Below are positions 15,093 through 30,622 of a stretch of 64,000 nt of DNA, one piece after another (within the stretch, counting starts at the first letter, position 1; every line of letters starts with the position of its first letter). The position numbers and the translations under genes were made by a program. Source of the stretch: the human T2T-CHM13v2.0 reference genome, Homo sapiens; assembly GCF_009914755.1 (NCBI RefSeq), contig NC_060930.1. The stretch is one strand, 5' to 3'. The notes below the pieces were generated by a model that saw only the letters and a program-made list of their open reading frames with translations, had not been told where the DNA came from and searched no databases.

Positions 15093-16929
15093 CCAAAGCC
15101 TGCCTCTTAACAGTTGTTTTATTCTGTCTACCAGGAAAAGGCATATGGCCCCTCCCTGTGTAGGCCCTCTAGTTCTGAGAGATTTGGGAAACTTCACAGG
15201 TTCAGGAATGTTCACAGCATCCCCAGGATGTGGGCTTGTGGTGGGTGGCAAATACTGAAATAGTTCTCTAGATCAAGGACCTGAGTGAGCAGAGATGACA
15301 TTACCAGCTGAACCTCCCAAAGAGAATCATGAGCAGAGGCAGAAACAGCACAGGGGACCCCAGCTCCTGCTCACGTTCCTACCCAGCAGCCTTCAGAGCC
15401 AGTGCTGCAGTGAATACAGGCTGTCTCTGAGCCCGTCTGTATACTTCATCTCACTTCATATTTTATTCTGTGATCAGATACCACCTTAGAAACTATTATT
15501 TACCCCCTTCTAGATAATTCTGTTCTGCAGGAAAAATAATGTGGCTCCCACAAGAGATTTCTGAGCAGTCCAAGCCTGCATAGCATGGTGTGTGGCAGCG
15601 ATAGAGGCAGATCAGGTGTCTCCTTCTGAAATGCTGACCTGGGTGAGGGACGAGGTTCTCCTGGAGCAATCCTCTGAACAAGGACCTGCTCCAGGGAGAG
15701 GCCAGGCTTCCTCTGCACAGAGGTTGGAGATGGGCATTGCACTGGACGCTCGTCATTTTTTTCATAGTTGGGATGGGTAGGATTTGGTGGGTGATTAATC
15801 CACAGTGATGGTAGGGCTGGTGCTGTAGACAGGCTGTGAAGTTGAACCCTCAGTCCTGCACGTCCAGCTAGCCGACCTAGAGGATTTTCCTCACCTGTTT
15901 ACTAATAATGCCCTGTGTTTGGTGAGGGGTTGGCTTAACAATTTTGTAACCTGACAGGGACTTGGCCCCTCTGGGCAGGCTCTCACTTCGCTGGCCCCAC
16001 AGCTGTGGCTGAGGGGTGGCCCGTAAGAAGAGAGTTGCCAGGCATCCTTTGTGGGGGCACACAGGCCACCCCTGCCCTGTGCCTCTATCTATAATTGTTG
16101 CTAGATGGGGTGGGGCTGGCATCTGGAAACCAAAAAGAGTTGATTACAGAACATGGTTAATGTCCCTTTGCTCCTCTCTGCTCTGCCGATCCCCATAATA
16201 GGCTGCTATCATAGGAGGCCTGGGGCAGCCTGCGCCAGCGGGGCCTAGCCAGGCGGTGAACTGGGACAGTAGCTAGTGGGAGAGACAGCTTGTTAACCCA
16301 GAACTAAAATAGACACCAGCTCCATTTCAAATCCCAGAGGCAGCAGAACCACAGTGGGATGCTACCCGCTTAGACTGAAGGTTTGTAACTCAAAACAGCT
16401 GTTGCCTTCTCACTCTCCTGCACTTATCCCCCTTCTCCACTCCCCACCAACACTGGCAAGGTGCCCATTGTTCCTTAATAAAAAGTGTTGGAAATCCAAA
16501 CTCATATAAATCTCAACTCCATTTCCCTCCACTCCACTGTGTTTCAAATGAATGAAGTGTTGTCGTAGAACAAAAGGAAGACACAAAGCTGCCTGTAGAG
16601 ATGCCAGCTCTTAGGATCAGGTGTTAGCTTCACCCTGACATGACCAATGGTCAGTCATCCCCCTTCCCCCAGGGCTCCCCAGATGAGGGAGAGAAGGCAG
16701 AGGAGGAAGCGGAGTCAGGCTATGGCGAGCTGGCGTTTGGAATCGGAGGTGAGGGACGGAGTGTTCAAGAGAGCAGGCGGCTACACAGAGGACATCCTTT
16801 GTGTGAGGATGTTGCTGGGCATTGAATGTCCATCAGAATAGAACTGAGCAACTGGCCATACCCTGCTGTGAATGAAGTCAGCTGGGAGAAGCATCCAGGT
16901 CAGCCCGGCCAGCAAGAGAATCTGGGCCA

Positions 16930-17540
<611 letters not shown>

Positions 17541-20500
17541 GCAGCTTTGACGCGGAGCCATGTCTTGTGTGTGAAGAAGGCCCAAGGGCGGCAGCTGGAT
17601 GGTCACCCTGTTGGCACAGCCACTGCTGAGGGTGAAACTCGGCCAAAGTTATTGTGTAATCTTAGATGGCCCCCTGATGAAAGGAGTTCGGGTAATAAGT
17701 AACGTTAACATCATTTCAGTTAAAATGTACCCAGCAAATGATTGAGTTTGTACTGTGTGCCAGGCACTTGCCCAGGCTTGAAGGAAAGAGTGATGTTTGA
17801 GACAGGGTACGGGCTAGGCACAAAACAAGCTGGTTGGTTATAAAACAAAGTTCAGGGGTGAGTTCAGGGCCCAGGAGGGCACATTTCCCTCAGATTCCAG
17901 GCAGGCAGAGGGATCTGGTGGATGCAAAACTTCTCCTTGGGATTTTACATCAGAGGCTGTGGTGCTTCACTTAATTTCCTCTGGGTCAGGGCCCAACCGG
18001 GTCTGGTACTTCATTGACCCTGGTCATCTCTGAGTTCAAGGTGATGACATTAAATCTCTGTTGGGAATTGGTACATAGGGAGCCCAAGGGGGCTCTGACA
18101 GGAACCTCGGCTCCATGAGTAGTGAGGGCAGCTGAGACCACCCCCTTCCTGTATCTTAGTAGTGGGGCCACCAAAGGGAAATGCCTTCTTTTTCCTGCAT
18201 TCTCCACTGTTCCAAGGAATGTTTATCTCCCTTCACCACACGCCTACCACCTACAGAGACCCCAAGACTCCTCATGTACCCGGGATTGATCCCACCCTTG
18301 TCAAATGTCATCCTAAAAACAGGGAAAAGATAAAATATTTGTCAGCATCTTCTGTTGAAGAGTCTGTGAGTCTGAGGCTTGGGCAGGCAGAAACAGATTT
18401 TAAACACTTCCGGGGGCTATGAACAGAGGTCCCTCAAGGAGGGGAAGACTGCCCCCACCCCTCACCTGACAGGTACAGAAGCCTTGGTCAGGACTACCCT
18501 GTCCCCCACCCAAGGCCCAGAGCAAGGAGTGGCCCACCCAGCTTCGGTAGCCACTACACACCCTTTGTGAAGTCCCTCAGACTCTGCCCAGTGCTTCACG
18601 CCACGCTGGTTTGGTTGAACAGTCAGAGCGGGGCATTGGGTTGCTGTGTGCAGCCTGGGCGGGTTCCTGGGTCATGGGGAGGGACGGCTGCCTGGCCAGG
18701 GCCCTGTCACAGGGCCATCACTGTTGCTCGCAGCAACTGGGAGAGATTAGTGCAGCTGTCGGATGTCAGTTCTCTGCCCCGAGATGGGCAGGGGAGGGTG
18801 GGCTGAGGAGAGAAGAATGTGTGAGTTGGTTGGGACTCTAGAGGAGAGGTTGTTTGCACTTACTCCTTCTGGCCTCTGGAGACAGAACAGGAAAAATGAA
18901 GCATGAAATCCCTTTTGAGAAGGAATGCCAGTCTCTCCATTAAAACACAATAATGAGGAAGGAATTCAGTATCTGAAGGAAATGGTCAAGCTGAGTGGCA
19001 GCTTCTCGGCAGGTATTTCGCAGGTTCTTCTGATGAGGGTTGCAGGGAGCAGGGAGTGTCAGCATTAGGAAATGCTCCCAGCTGAGCCAGCGTCCAGGCA
19101 TTAAGGATGTGTGGGTCACATAAGGAGCCAGGGCATCTGCAAATAGCTGTCCTCTGAACGCACAGCCTGGCAGAGTGGAACGAAGCCAGCCGGCTCCGTC
19201 CCAGCCTGCCGCCTGGCAGCTCTGTGACCTCGGGCAAGTGCTGACTTGGTTTCCCTATCTGGAAAATAGATTTGAAGGCTGTTGTGAGGATGAAGGGAGA
19301 TAATCCACAATCCTCAGAGTGTAACAAATACTAAATGAAATTTTTCTTCTGATACTATTATTTAGAATGTATTTTTTATATAAAATTTTATATAAAATTA
19401 AAATTTTTAGATATTTTAAACCTTCCAACATTTACAGTTATAGGTGTTGTGGCACTCTATGGCTATCCCATTCCAATGGAATTGAAAAGGAGTCAACTTC
19501 CAGGTGCGATTCACTTGGCAGAGAACATGAAAGCAATTTGTCCTTTACTCTTATAAACAGCTGTTTTTATCTAGTTTTCGCTTTTGTAAAGATTGGGAAA
19601 TGGAGTGGCTCTTTAAATTTGGTTTGAGTCTTGCTTCCCACGTTTCTTAATCCCACTGTGTGAAAAGCAGATATTTAGAAACGTGAAGGAACTCGACACC
19701 TTTATGTAACAGAACAACACATCACTTTCTTTAGATTGTTGGGGGAACCCTAGGGTTCTAAGGAAGTGAGTTTCCTGATGTTTGAAATTTGCCAATGCAG
19801 CCTTTCAAAAATATGCTTAGCATAGTTTAAAAAAAAGAAAATTCACCCTTCTTGCTGATTGTGAGGAGGTCAGATATCTGTCCCTCAGCTGTCACAATGG
19901 TAGACTTGATGGAGTTACATGACAGAGAAGAGAGCCCAAGGAAGCACCTGAGTGGTTTCTCATCTCTGGGCCACTCTGTTAAGGCCTGTTTGTTGACTTT
20001 GGGATTTTCATCTTATTCTGGAGAGTTAAGGTCGCCAGATGAATAAAATACTACTGTTAGTGAGCACTGGGGGAGCTAATCCCAAAACTGTTTAGCCACA
20101 AGGTTAAGAAGTTAAAAAAAAAAAAGAGACTTTTGGTGTCCTTGTTTTCCATTTCTGTAAATCACATTGCTGATAAATTTGCCTTTGGGCATGCACCCTG
20201 CCCATTTTAGGTACTAGGCTCAGTTACTGGCTACAGATTGCAGATTCCCTTTTCAGGGCTGATGCTTTTAACAGTGATAGTTATTCCTGATAAGTACCTT
20301 AACTCTGCTGTGAGGTATCAAAACTGCTGGATCTATTTTTGGCTGCCTCTTTACCATTACTCCCTCTAGAGAATGTCCATACCATAACAACATATTTACA
20401 TATTTATCACACTGCATTTCTATCCCAGCTCAGAATTGTGCAACTTTCTTTAAAAAAAAAAAAAAAAAAAAAAGGATATCCTGTCTTCTTCCAAGGACAT

Positions 20501-20592
20501 TTGCTGTCAGAAGAACAGATATCTGTGCCCTGCCTAAATAGGCAGACTGTGTAGCACAGACAGCCATTAATTCAATGCTTTTTAAAATTTTA

Positions 20593-20940
<348 letters not shown>

Positions 20941-22793
20941 TTAAGACTTAGTGAATCTGAGTGTGAATAAGAACATTATTTGTTGTATTAAAGTCCCTTG
21001 AGGATTGAAAGGACAAAACCCCAGCTAGCAACTGAGTGTATTTTCTTGACCTGTTGGAGCTGGTTGGTCCCACCCCTCGCCCTATGTACCTCCTGCCTTT
21101 GGTGACTCAGGCACGTGGTCAGGCAGTGGCTGGCGGGTTGGGTCTCTGTGACTTCAGGACAGCGTGGAGTTCACCAGCTCGTGTGGGAGTCAGACTTCTC
21201 TGACCATGTTAGCGCTGTGCCCTTTCCAGCCCAGCAAGGGTCAGAGCCAGTATGCTGTGGGATTTGGCTTGTCTGTTTGATTTTTGGAAAAGGGACAGTA
21301 AGGGCTGTGACAGTGCCTGTGTAGTCACTGACAACCACAGGCACTTCTCTAAGCACATATCAGAGACTCTCTGTGATCGTGGTTCCCGGCCCCTGGTGTT
21401 GGCAGCCACCTTCCTGCCATCTGTGCCTTTACATACCAGGGGCCATGTAGAAAGAGCTTACCTTATGACCTGGGAGTCGTCTTCCTCCACTGGGACCCCC
21501 AGCCCTTCTCTCTACTTCACCCTACCCAGTGCCGCCAGGGACATTACAGTTGATACTAAGGGAGGAAGGAAGGGATGGAGGATAAGTGCAGGCAGCTGCT
21601 TCACCTCTGCTGTTCCAGGGAGCCCCAATTCCACACACCCCAACACCACAGCCCCCTCCTACCATCTACCCTGAGAACTGCTAGAGCCCCTCCACCCCAT
21701 AATAGGAACCTCCACAGTGGAGCAGCCCCACTGGAGGCAGGACCCACAGTTCAGCGACTGGCGTGTCATACAGGGGGTGGGGAATGGTCCAATCTACTCC
21801 AGCACTCTAAAGTTTCTTATCCTCTTACAGAAACACTGGCCAACGTGTGCTAGAATGCAGGTGTTTTCTGGGTGAAACAGGCTCTTGTGCACTGTCTTGG
21901 TACAGAAACACTTATTTCTGTGAGCAGTGATTTGGAGTTCACATATGCTAAGCAGCTCCTGTAAGTTGAGGTCAGGCTGAATGTCCATTTTGGATTCCGT
22001 GTGTAATCTAACCTTAATCTGTCATTTGGAGATTTTTCCACTGATGATTTTTTTTTTCTTCCTAAAAGTAATGTAGTGTGATTTTAAAAGAAAAAGAAAG
22101 TTTTGTTTTTGAAAGGGTCAGTGGGGTTTTGTTAATTTTCTTTAAATTCTACAAAGAGATACACTTCCCCCAAATACATTTACTTTACTGACAGCAAAGT
22201 TAGTTTCCATTTGGAAAAGTTATCCTGTTTCCAACATCGAGTTATCTCTGTTGCCAGAAAATCAAAAGGCAGCCAATCCGATTTGTAAACCTTTCCTCTG
22301 GCACATTGTCAAGATCTCTTGCAAAACGAAATTGTCCTACAGCCCTCCCCTCTCCTGTGGCTCTAAGTGCAGTTCTGCCCCATCTAAATATTAATATTTT
22401 GCAATCGTGCTCTTTATGAGCCCCTGGCAGAGTGGAGATACGCCACAGACGGGTTGAGGAGAGAGTCGTGGGGACCACCTGGCCAGTGGCTGTGGTCTTA
22501 ATGGAGATTGACAAGCCCAAAGGAGGTTTGCAAATACCCTGATGCCTGCAGCCGGCTTTGCATCCAGCAGCTCCCTCCACAGATTTACAGTGGCCTCTAT
22601 TGTCCTTGAAGAGCTGCTTAGAAACAAGGTTGCAAAGCTTTCTCCTTGGGGCCTTGGGAAGGCTGGATGAACCCTCGCGTCTCCACCTGATAGGGCTGAT
22701 CCAAGTGTTTCTGGGTGGTGGTTTTCCACACTGGTTTTATTTAAGGTCTATCAACAGGTGCTGAGTGTGAGGCAGGGAGGCAAGTGTTTTTCT

Positions 22794-23097
<304 letters not shown>

Positions 23098-23809
23098 GCA
23101 AGTGTTTTTCTGTGGGTGTTTCTTCCTTTTAACCAGCTGCACCACATGCTTCTGGTTTCAAAGCAGAAATTTCTTCTCTGCCACTTTCATGTTTTATGTC
23201 TTTTGACTTATAGGAGTGCCTTAGTTGAAATTCCATGAAAAGGGTGTGAAGTGTGGATCACCTTGCTTAGACTCTGTTAGGAGGTTGAGTGCTTGTGCAG
23301 GCTGGGAGAGCATGCACTTCTTTTCAGGAGGCAGGTGAAGGGAGCAGGTGGGATGAGGCAGAAGACTGGCCAGAAAGAACACTTTTCTCCCCATGAGTTT
23401 TGCAGTTAGACAGAAGTAGTAAGGACGATTGTGAAGTTCTTGAAAGTGAGAAGAGAGAACATGTTCCTTTGAAATTAAAACTCAGGTTTTCCTGATTTTT
23501 CACGTTAGCTAAAACGTGCCAGGAAACGGGCTTTTCCTGATTTCTTTTTTTCCCTAGTACAATAACATAATGACTAAATTTGGAAAAGTACTTTGCAGTT
23601 TTCAAAGCACTTTGTTATTCACAGTAACTGCAGAGATCCCCCCGTTTTAGATGAGAAGGGAAACTGAGGTGTGAAGAAGGAAAGGAACAGGAGAGAAGTG
23701 ACAAAGATGAGTAAAGTATTGGTAATTTCTTTTCTCTGGGAGTTCTAACATTCTAACAGGCTTGTAGTTTAAGACGTTTCTAGATAGCAGATTCTCACAC
23801 CTAACTCAC

Positions 23810-23985
23810 TATATTTTCCAAACTTATCTAACTATAAGAATCCGCTGGTGTGCTTGTTCATATACAGATTCTTAGGCCCATCTTCTAGTTATTCTGATTT
23901 CAGTTGGTCTGGGGTGATCTAGGAGTCTGCTTTTTTTAACAAGGTCATGTGGGGATTCTTATCTCTTGGCATGTTTGGGAAATTT
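23810..23985 (+). mobile_element. MER5-family DNA transposon relic
   Basis: agaatccgctggtgtgcttgtt...tacagattcttaggccc...tctgatttcagttggtctggggtg...ttaacaag. Confidence 0.6.
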
Positions 23986-24306
23986 TACATAGCCGGCAGC
24001 TGAAGTGCACATGGAAATAAGTTGTCCAAGGTCACGCAATCTGAACTCCCTGATCCCCACCTGGTGTCTCTGGTCCCTGAGCCCACATCCCCCTACCACC
24101 CACTGTTCCACAGCTGCCTTCCCAGGGACACAGAGTTTGTGATCAATACTGAATAATTCTGCCACGTCTTTATTGTCATGCCTTCATCACCTACTACGTA
24201 TGAAGGTGTCCAGAAACAGGAGGGATTTAAGGGTGAGGGAGAGAATGAAGAAGACAGACACAGGCATAAGAGACAAAAAGAAACCTCAATGTTATTAAAA
24301 ATTCAA

Positions 24307-24434
24307 GCCAGGTGTAGGGGTGCACACCTGTAGCCCTAGTTACTAGGGAGGCTGAGACGGGAGGATTGCTTGAGCCCAAGAGTTCAAGGCCAGTCTGGGC
24401 AACATAGCGAGCCTGCCTCAAAAAAGAAAAAAAA
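24307..24434 (+). mobile_element. FLAM (Alu monomer)
   Basis: Single ~125-nt Alu monomer with A tail. Confidence 0.85.
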
Positions 24435-24599
24435 ATCACTACAACCATAGAGGTGCAGTAAATTCTAAATCTAATTGCCATATTAAGAGGCATTCATTCT
24501 CCATTCCCTTCATAAAACCTACTTATTAATGCCAGTCACACTAAATATTCATAACCAATAGGCTGTGCACTAGTACAGAAGTCTCAAAAGTGGAGAGTA

Positions 24600-25200
<601 letters not shown>

Positions 25201-26892
25201 AGGTGAAGAGTATTCAGGAAGATCTCTAGGATACAAGGAAAAAAATATATTTTTTATCTCACCCTTTTAAAATGTCTATTTGGTAATGTGCCTGGCACAT
25301 TACATATATGCAAATACATATGTACATAAATACATATACTACCTACGTACACACATACACATTCTCAGCTAAACAACAAACACATGTGGAGCACATACGA
25401 AAACTTTTTTATAGAAGCGGTACACATTTCAGAAAGTTTGCAGCCACCTCTCAGTCCTACCTGCCTGCCTTTTGCAGTTGACTTGTATGCTACGAAAAGT
25501 CTCTTCCCAACCTGTTTATGTCTGTAATACTTGTAATAATTTCTTATAATTTAATTAAATTTTATATAAGCTGATGGAATGTTGTTTTAATAAAAGAAAA
25601 GAATAGTCTCTGTGGAAACTTATGTTGGAAAGGCTTAGTTACAGTGCAGATTGGACAGAATATTTTTTTTTTAGTTGCTGTCAAATTTAGGCTAGGTAAG
25701 ATACCTGTGCACAGTTGAATGCCATAATCGTAAAAATCTAGGATTCTGCTTTAGTTTGGCTTGCAAAATTCTGGTATAATAAACTCGATGTACCCTTATC
25801 CAGTTTCAGGGATTATCAACTCACAGCCAATTTTGTTTTCTCTCTTCCCCAACCCAGGTAATTTCAAAACAAATCCCAGATATCCTATGTTTTATTTATA
25901 AATATTGCATTATATATCTTTTTTTAAAAGGAACCTTTTTAAAAAGCATAGCCAAAATATTATCATAACTAAAAAATTCAGTCACTTGTGAATATATCAA
26001 ATATCTCTGATCAGAGTTAGATTTTCCCAATTCAGACATATCTCTTATCCTTTCAGTCCAATATAGATCTTTCAGCCAAGTGGTGGCGAGGTGATGGATT
26101 GGCGACCATGGGGAGGGTGCAATTGAACTTGAGCATGGGGGAAATGAAGTGGGGGTGGGAGAAGGAAGGAGCTCTATCTCCAGGACAGAGGCTGTTGTTG
26201 CCTCCAAGGGTCACTGTCCTCTCTGTGTGCACAGCTCAGAGCTTGAACGTATTTCAGCCAGAAAGAACCTCACCCAGAGGGGCTGTGTCCATTCTGCTTC
26301 CCCGCAGGATCTGTCTCATGGCCTGTGATTTAGACCGCTGGGTACTTTGACATCTGGGCCCGCAGTGTGAGGACTTCCAGCCCCTAAAGGTGTTCTTCAT
26401 TATCCAGATCTGTCCCTTCCCTGGGCCTTGACCACAGTGGTGAGCTCAGCAGAATTCCCTCAAAAGGAACTCTGTGTTTTGAGTGGCTCATGGGAACCCG
26501 GGTTTGGGGTTCCAAAGGTAGCTGAGCAGTGACAGGAGAGTGCTCAGGAGAGGCCCTTCCTGAACAGGGGAGCCAGGGGAGGAGCATGCACAGCAGGACC
26601 GGGTTCTGCTGTGCCCGCTACAGCGCGATAAGGCAAGCAGGGCGGCACATACTGGCACTTCTTCCTTTCAGTGCTTCCTGAAAGTGAGCACAGCTGCTTC
26701 GTGGCTGACTTCGTTATCTCTTTATTTCCAGAGAAGACTCTCAACTCAAAAAAGTTTTCACTGATGTACATGCAGTGTGGACGTAAGCAAGTGGCTTTGC
26801 CTGGCTAAAACAGTGATAAAAGGAGCTACCTTAGCGGTGGTGAGGGTCAGATACGCTTGCACACATAAATACATGGAATGATGCTCGGTATA

Positions 26893-27053
26893 CAGCATTG
26901 TCCAACAGAATATCCTGTGATCTTGGAAACATACTGTGTCTGTGCTTCCCGATGCAGTTGAGCCCTTAAAAGAAGGCTGAAGTGACTGAGGAACTTTAAT
27001 TTAAATTTGAATAGCTACATGTGGCTTTGGTGGCTACTACATTCCATGCAAGT
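26893..27053 (+). mobile_element. MER3 (hAT-Charlie)
   Basis: cagcattgtccaacagaa...gtgactgaggaact...aatttaaatttgaatagctacatgtggct...gtggctac. Confidence 0.7.
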
Positions 27054-28092
27054 CTAGGGGATGTTGATAATACCATAACGATGGTATTTTGTTTTTATCC
27101 ACCCATCTGCACACTGATGTAAAATTTTTAATATGGTTCTCAGTGAAGACCTAGAAGACAATACTGGTCTGAAAAGCAGAGACAATATTATAAAGTGGTG
27201 TTTGCTATGCATCTGTGTGGCCCAGAACATTTAGGATGTCAAAGATCATCTCTGAAATGAAGGGTCAGATTTTGAAGTGGACTGCCTCTGTGGGAGTCTT
27301 TCAAGGAAGGGGAGACAGCCTTGTGATAAGCATGGGTGGGAGCAGGAACTCAGGCTGACATTTTGTGTGTGCTTCTTACTGGCTGTGGGGCCTGAGTCAC
27401 ATCGCTTCGTATTTTTGATCACCGGTGTTCATCTGGAAGATGAGGGTCATGATACGCACCTGCCTGCTGGGGTTGTCATATGTGCTGAGCTGTCAGGGCG
27501 CCTGGGCTCAGTCCATGAGGACCATGGTTATCATTCAGATAATGATGATGCTAATACCACAACTTAATGCACAATCACCATCACTTCTAATTAGATTGGA
27601 AAATTTAATAATTTTTATCCCTATCAGATGCCAAGGATGCTGATTGATTGCCCTAGATACTACTTAAATGTATGCTCTTCTGACTTTTAAACATTTACAA
27701 TAATTAGAATCCAGTGAACTCAGGGAGAGAGAAACCTCTGACATGATCCCATTAATGCCTGATCGAGGCGAGAGCGAGCAGGTCGGCCATGGTGGCTTCA
27801 GGATCCCAGCTGTCTTCTTGTGCTCAGACTGTGGGTGTTTAGGTCGTACGTACACCTTGTGCTGCCTGCAAAGATTTGGTATCCAGAAGTTGATAGAATA
27901 CAACTTTTTTAAAAGGAAGAGGTTTTTGGTGCTAACCATGCAGCCTGGCTTCTTGACATCATATCATTTTTATTTTACTCAATTGAAATGAATCAACAAA
28001 AACTTAAGTCTGGAAGAGTGGAAACTCTGACTTAACTGCTTCCTCATATGCTCTCCCTTTCTGCCTCATATGTTCTCCCTTTCCTCTCCTAG

Positions 28093-28282
28093 ATGTGACA
28101 TTTGTTGTGTCACCTTTCGAACACATCGAGGACTGCTGCGTCACAACGCGCTTGTCCACAAACAACTTCCCAGGGATGCAATGGGCAGACCTTTCATACA
28201 GAACAACCCTTCAATTCCTGCTGGCTTCCACGACTTAGGATTCACGGACTTCTCCTGTAGGAAGTTTCCTCGCATTTCTCAG
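28093..28282 (+). CDS. RREB1: RREB1 coding exon 9, 190 nt, one C2H2 finger
   Basis: Acceptor ctctcctag|ATGT; donor CAG|gtattc; (R)[63 protein letters not shown]; phase matches both neighbours. Confidence 0.96.
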
Positions 28283-28583
28283 GTATTCTGATCAGCCCAT
28301 GGAAGCAACCAGCAACTGCCTTCCATGGTCCACACAGTTAGACCATGGGAACTTCCTCTCCTCAGGGTTTCTTTCCTTAAAATGTCGGTTGGGCTTTGTC
28401 TTTTTTTGTAACACCTTTTTTCTTAAAATTATTGTTGGCCCTTTCGGTCTCCCTTGGGTTGTTGGGTTGAGAAGGCTGCATAGGCTTGTTTGGGGTTGAA
28501 TATCCTATGAACTGTGCATCAGTCTAGCTCTTCTGTGCCTTTTGTCCGTTCTTGGGTCTTTGAGGTTTAAGTTGTCAGTTGTA

Positions 28584-29696
<1,113 letters not shown>

Positions 29697-30121
29697 CTAA
29701 AACTGCCTTGAAATTATTTTTTTCCCCATTTTAAAAAGTTGAGATAGAAGGTATCAACAGTGTTGTTGTTCAAGTGTACAAGGTACAAACTCAATGGATT
29801 GTTCCATATACACACACCCATGTGTGTGCACCCCCCAGGAGACATTCCTCATAGACCCTCCTAGGCAGCATCCCCCTTCCACAATCATAGAGGGGTAGGG
29901 TAGCTGATTCTCCAACATCTCTGGACCTCAGTTTTGCAAGGCACCCACTTTTACAAAGAGAATTAATTCTACCCTTGTGGTATTGTTACTTAACTATACT
30001 TCAGAATCTCTAGTGAGATACCCTGTGGGTTGATATCAGTTATCACGCAAACATGATTCTTAAGATGCTTTGTGGATTTCCTTATTCAGTCCAGTGTGTT
30101 AGCAAGCAGGAGAAGGTCAAC

Positions 30122-30488
30122 TTTTTTTTTTTTTTTTTTTTTTTTTTAAGGCAGAGTCTTGTTCTGTTGCCCAGGCTAAAGTGCAGTGTGGCATAATCAT
30201 GTGTCACTTCAGACTCAACCTCCTTAAGCTCAGGTGCTTTTCCTGCCTTAGCCTCCCAATAGCTAGGACACAGGCATGTACCACCACATCTGGCTAATTT
30301 TCTTATTTTTTTTTATAGAGACAAGGTCTTGCTATGTTGCCCAGGCTAGTCACAAACTCCTGGCCTCAAGTGATCCTCCCGCCTCAGTCTCTGGAGTAGC
30401 TGGGACTAGAGGCATGAGCCAACACACCTGGCTAATTTTTTTTTATTTTTTGTAGAGATACGGGATCTTGCTATATTGCCCAGGCTGG
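30122..30488 (-). mobile_element. Antisense AluJ with extra partial arm, ~135 nt upstream of exon 10
   Basis: T-tract followed by Alu arms, with a repeated left-arm segment. Confidence 0.85.
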
Positions 30489-30622
30489 GAACTCTTTATG
30501 TTATGGGGAAAGGCTGTGTACTGGGATAAATGTACAACAAATACTTTGTGCATCTCCGTTTAGTGATTATTTTTTCAATCTTCACATGTGTTCCCTTGCT
30601 TTTACCGGTGGGTTCTATATAG

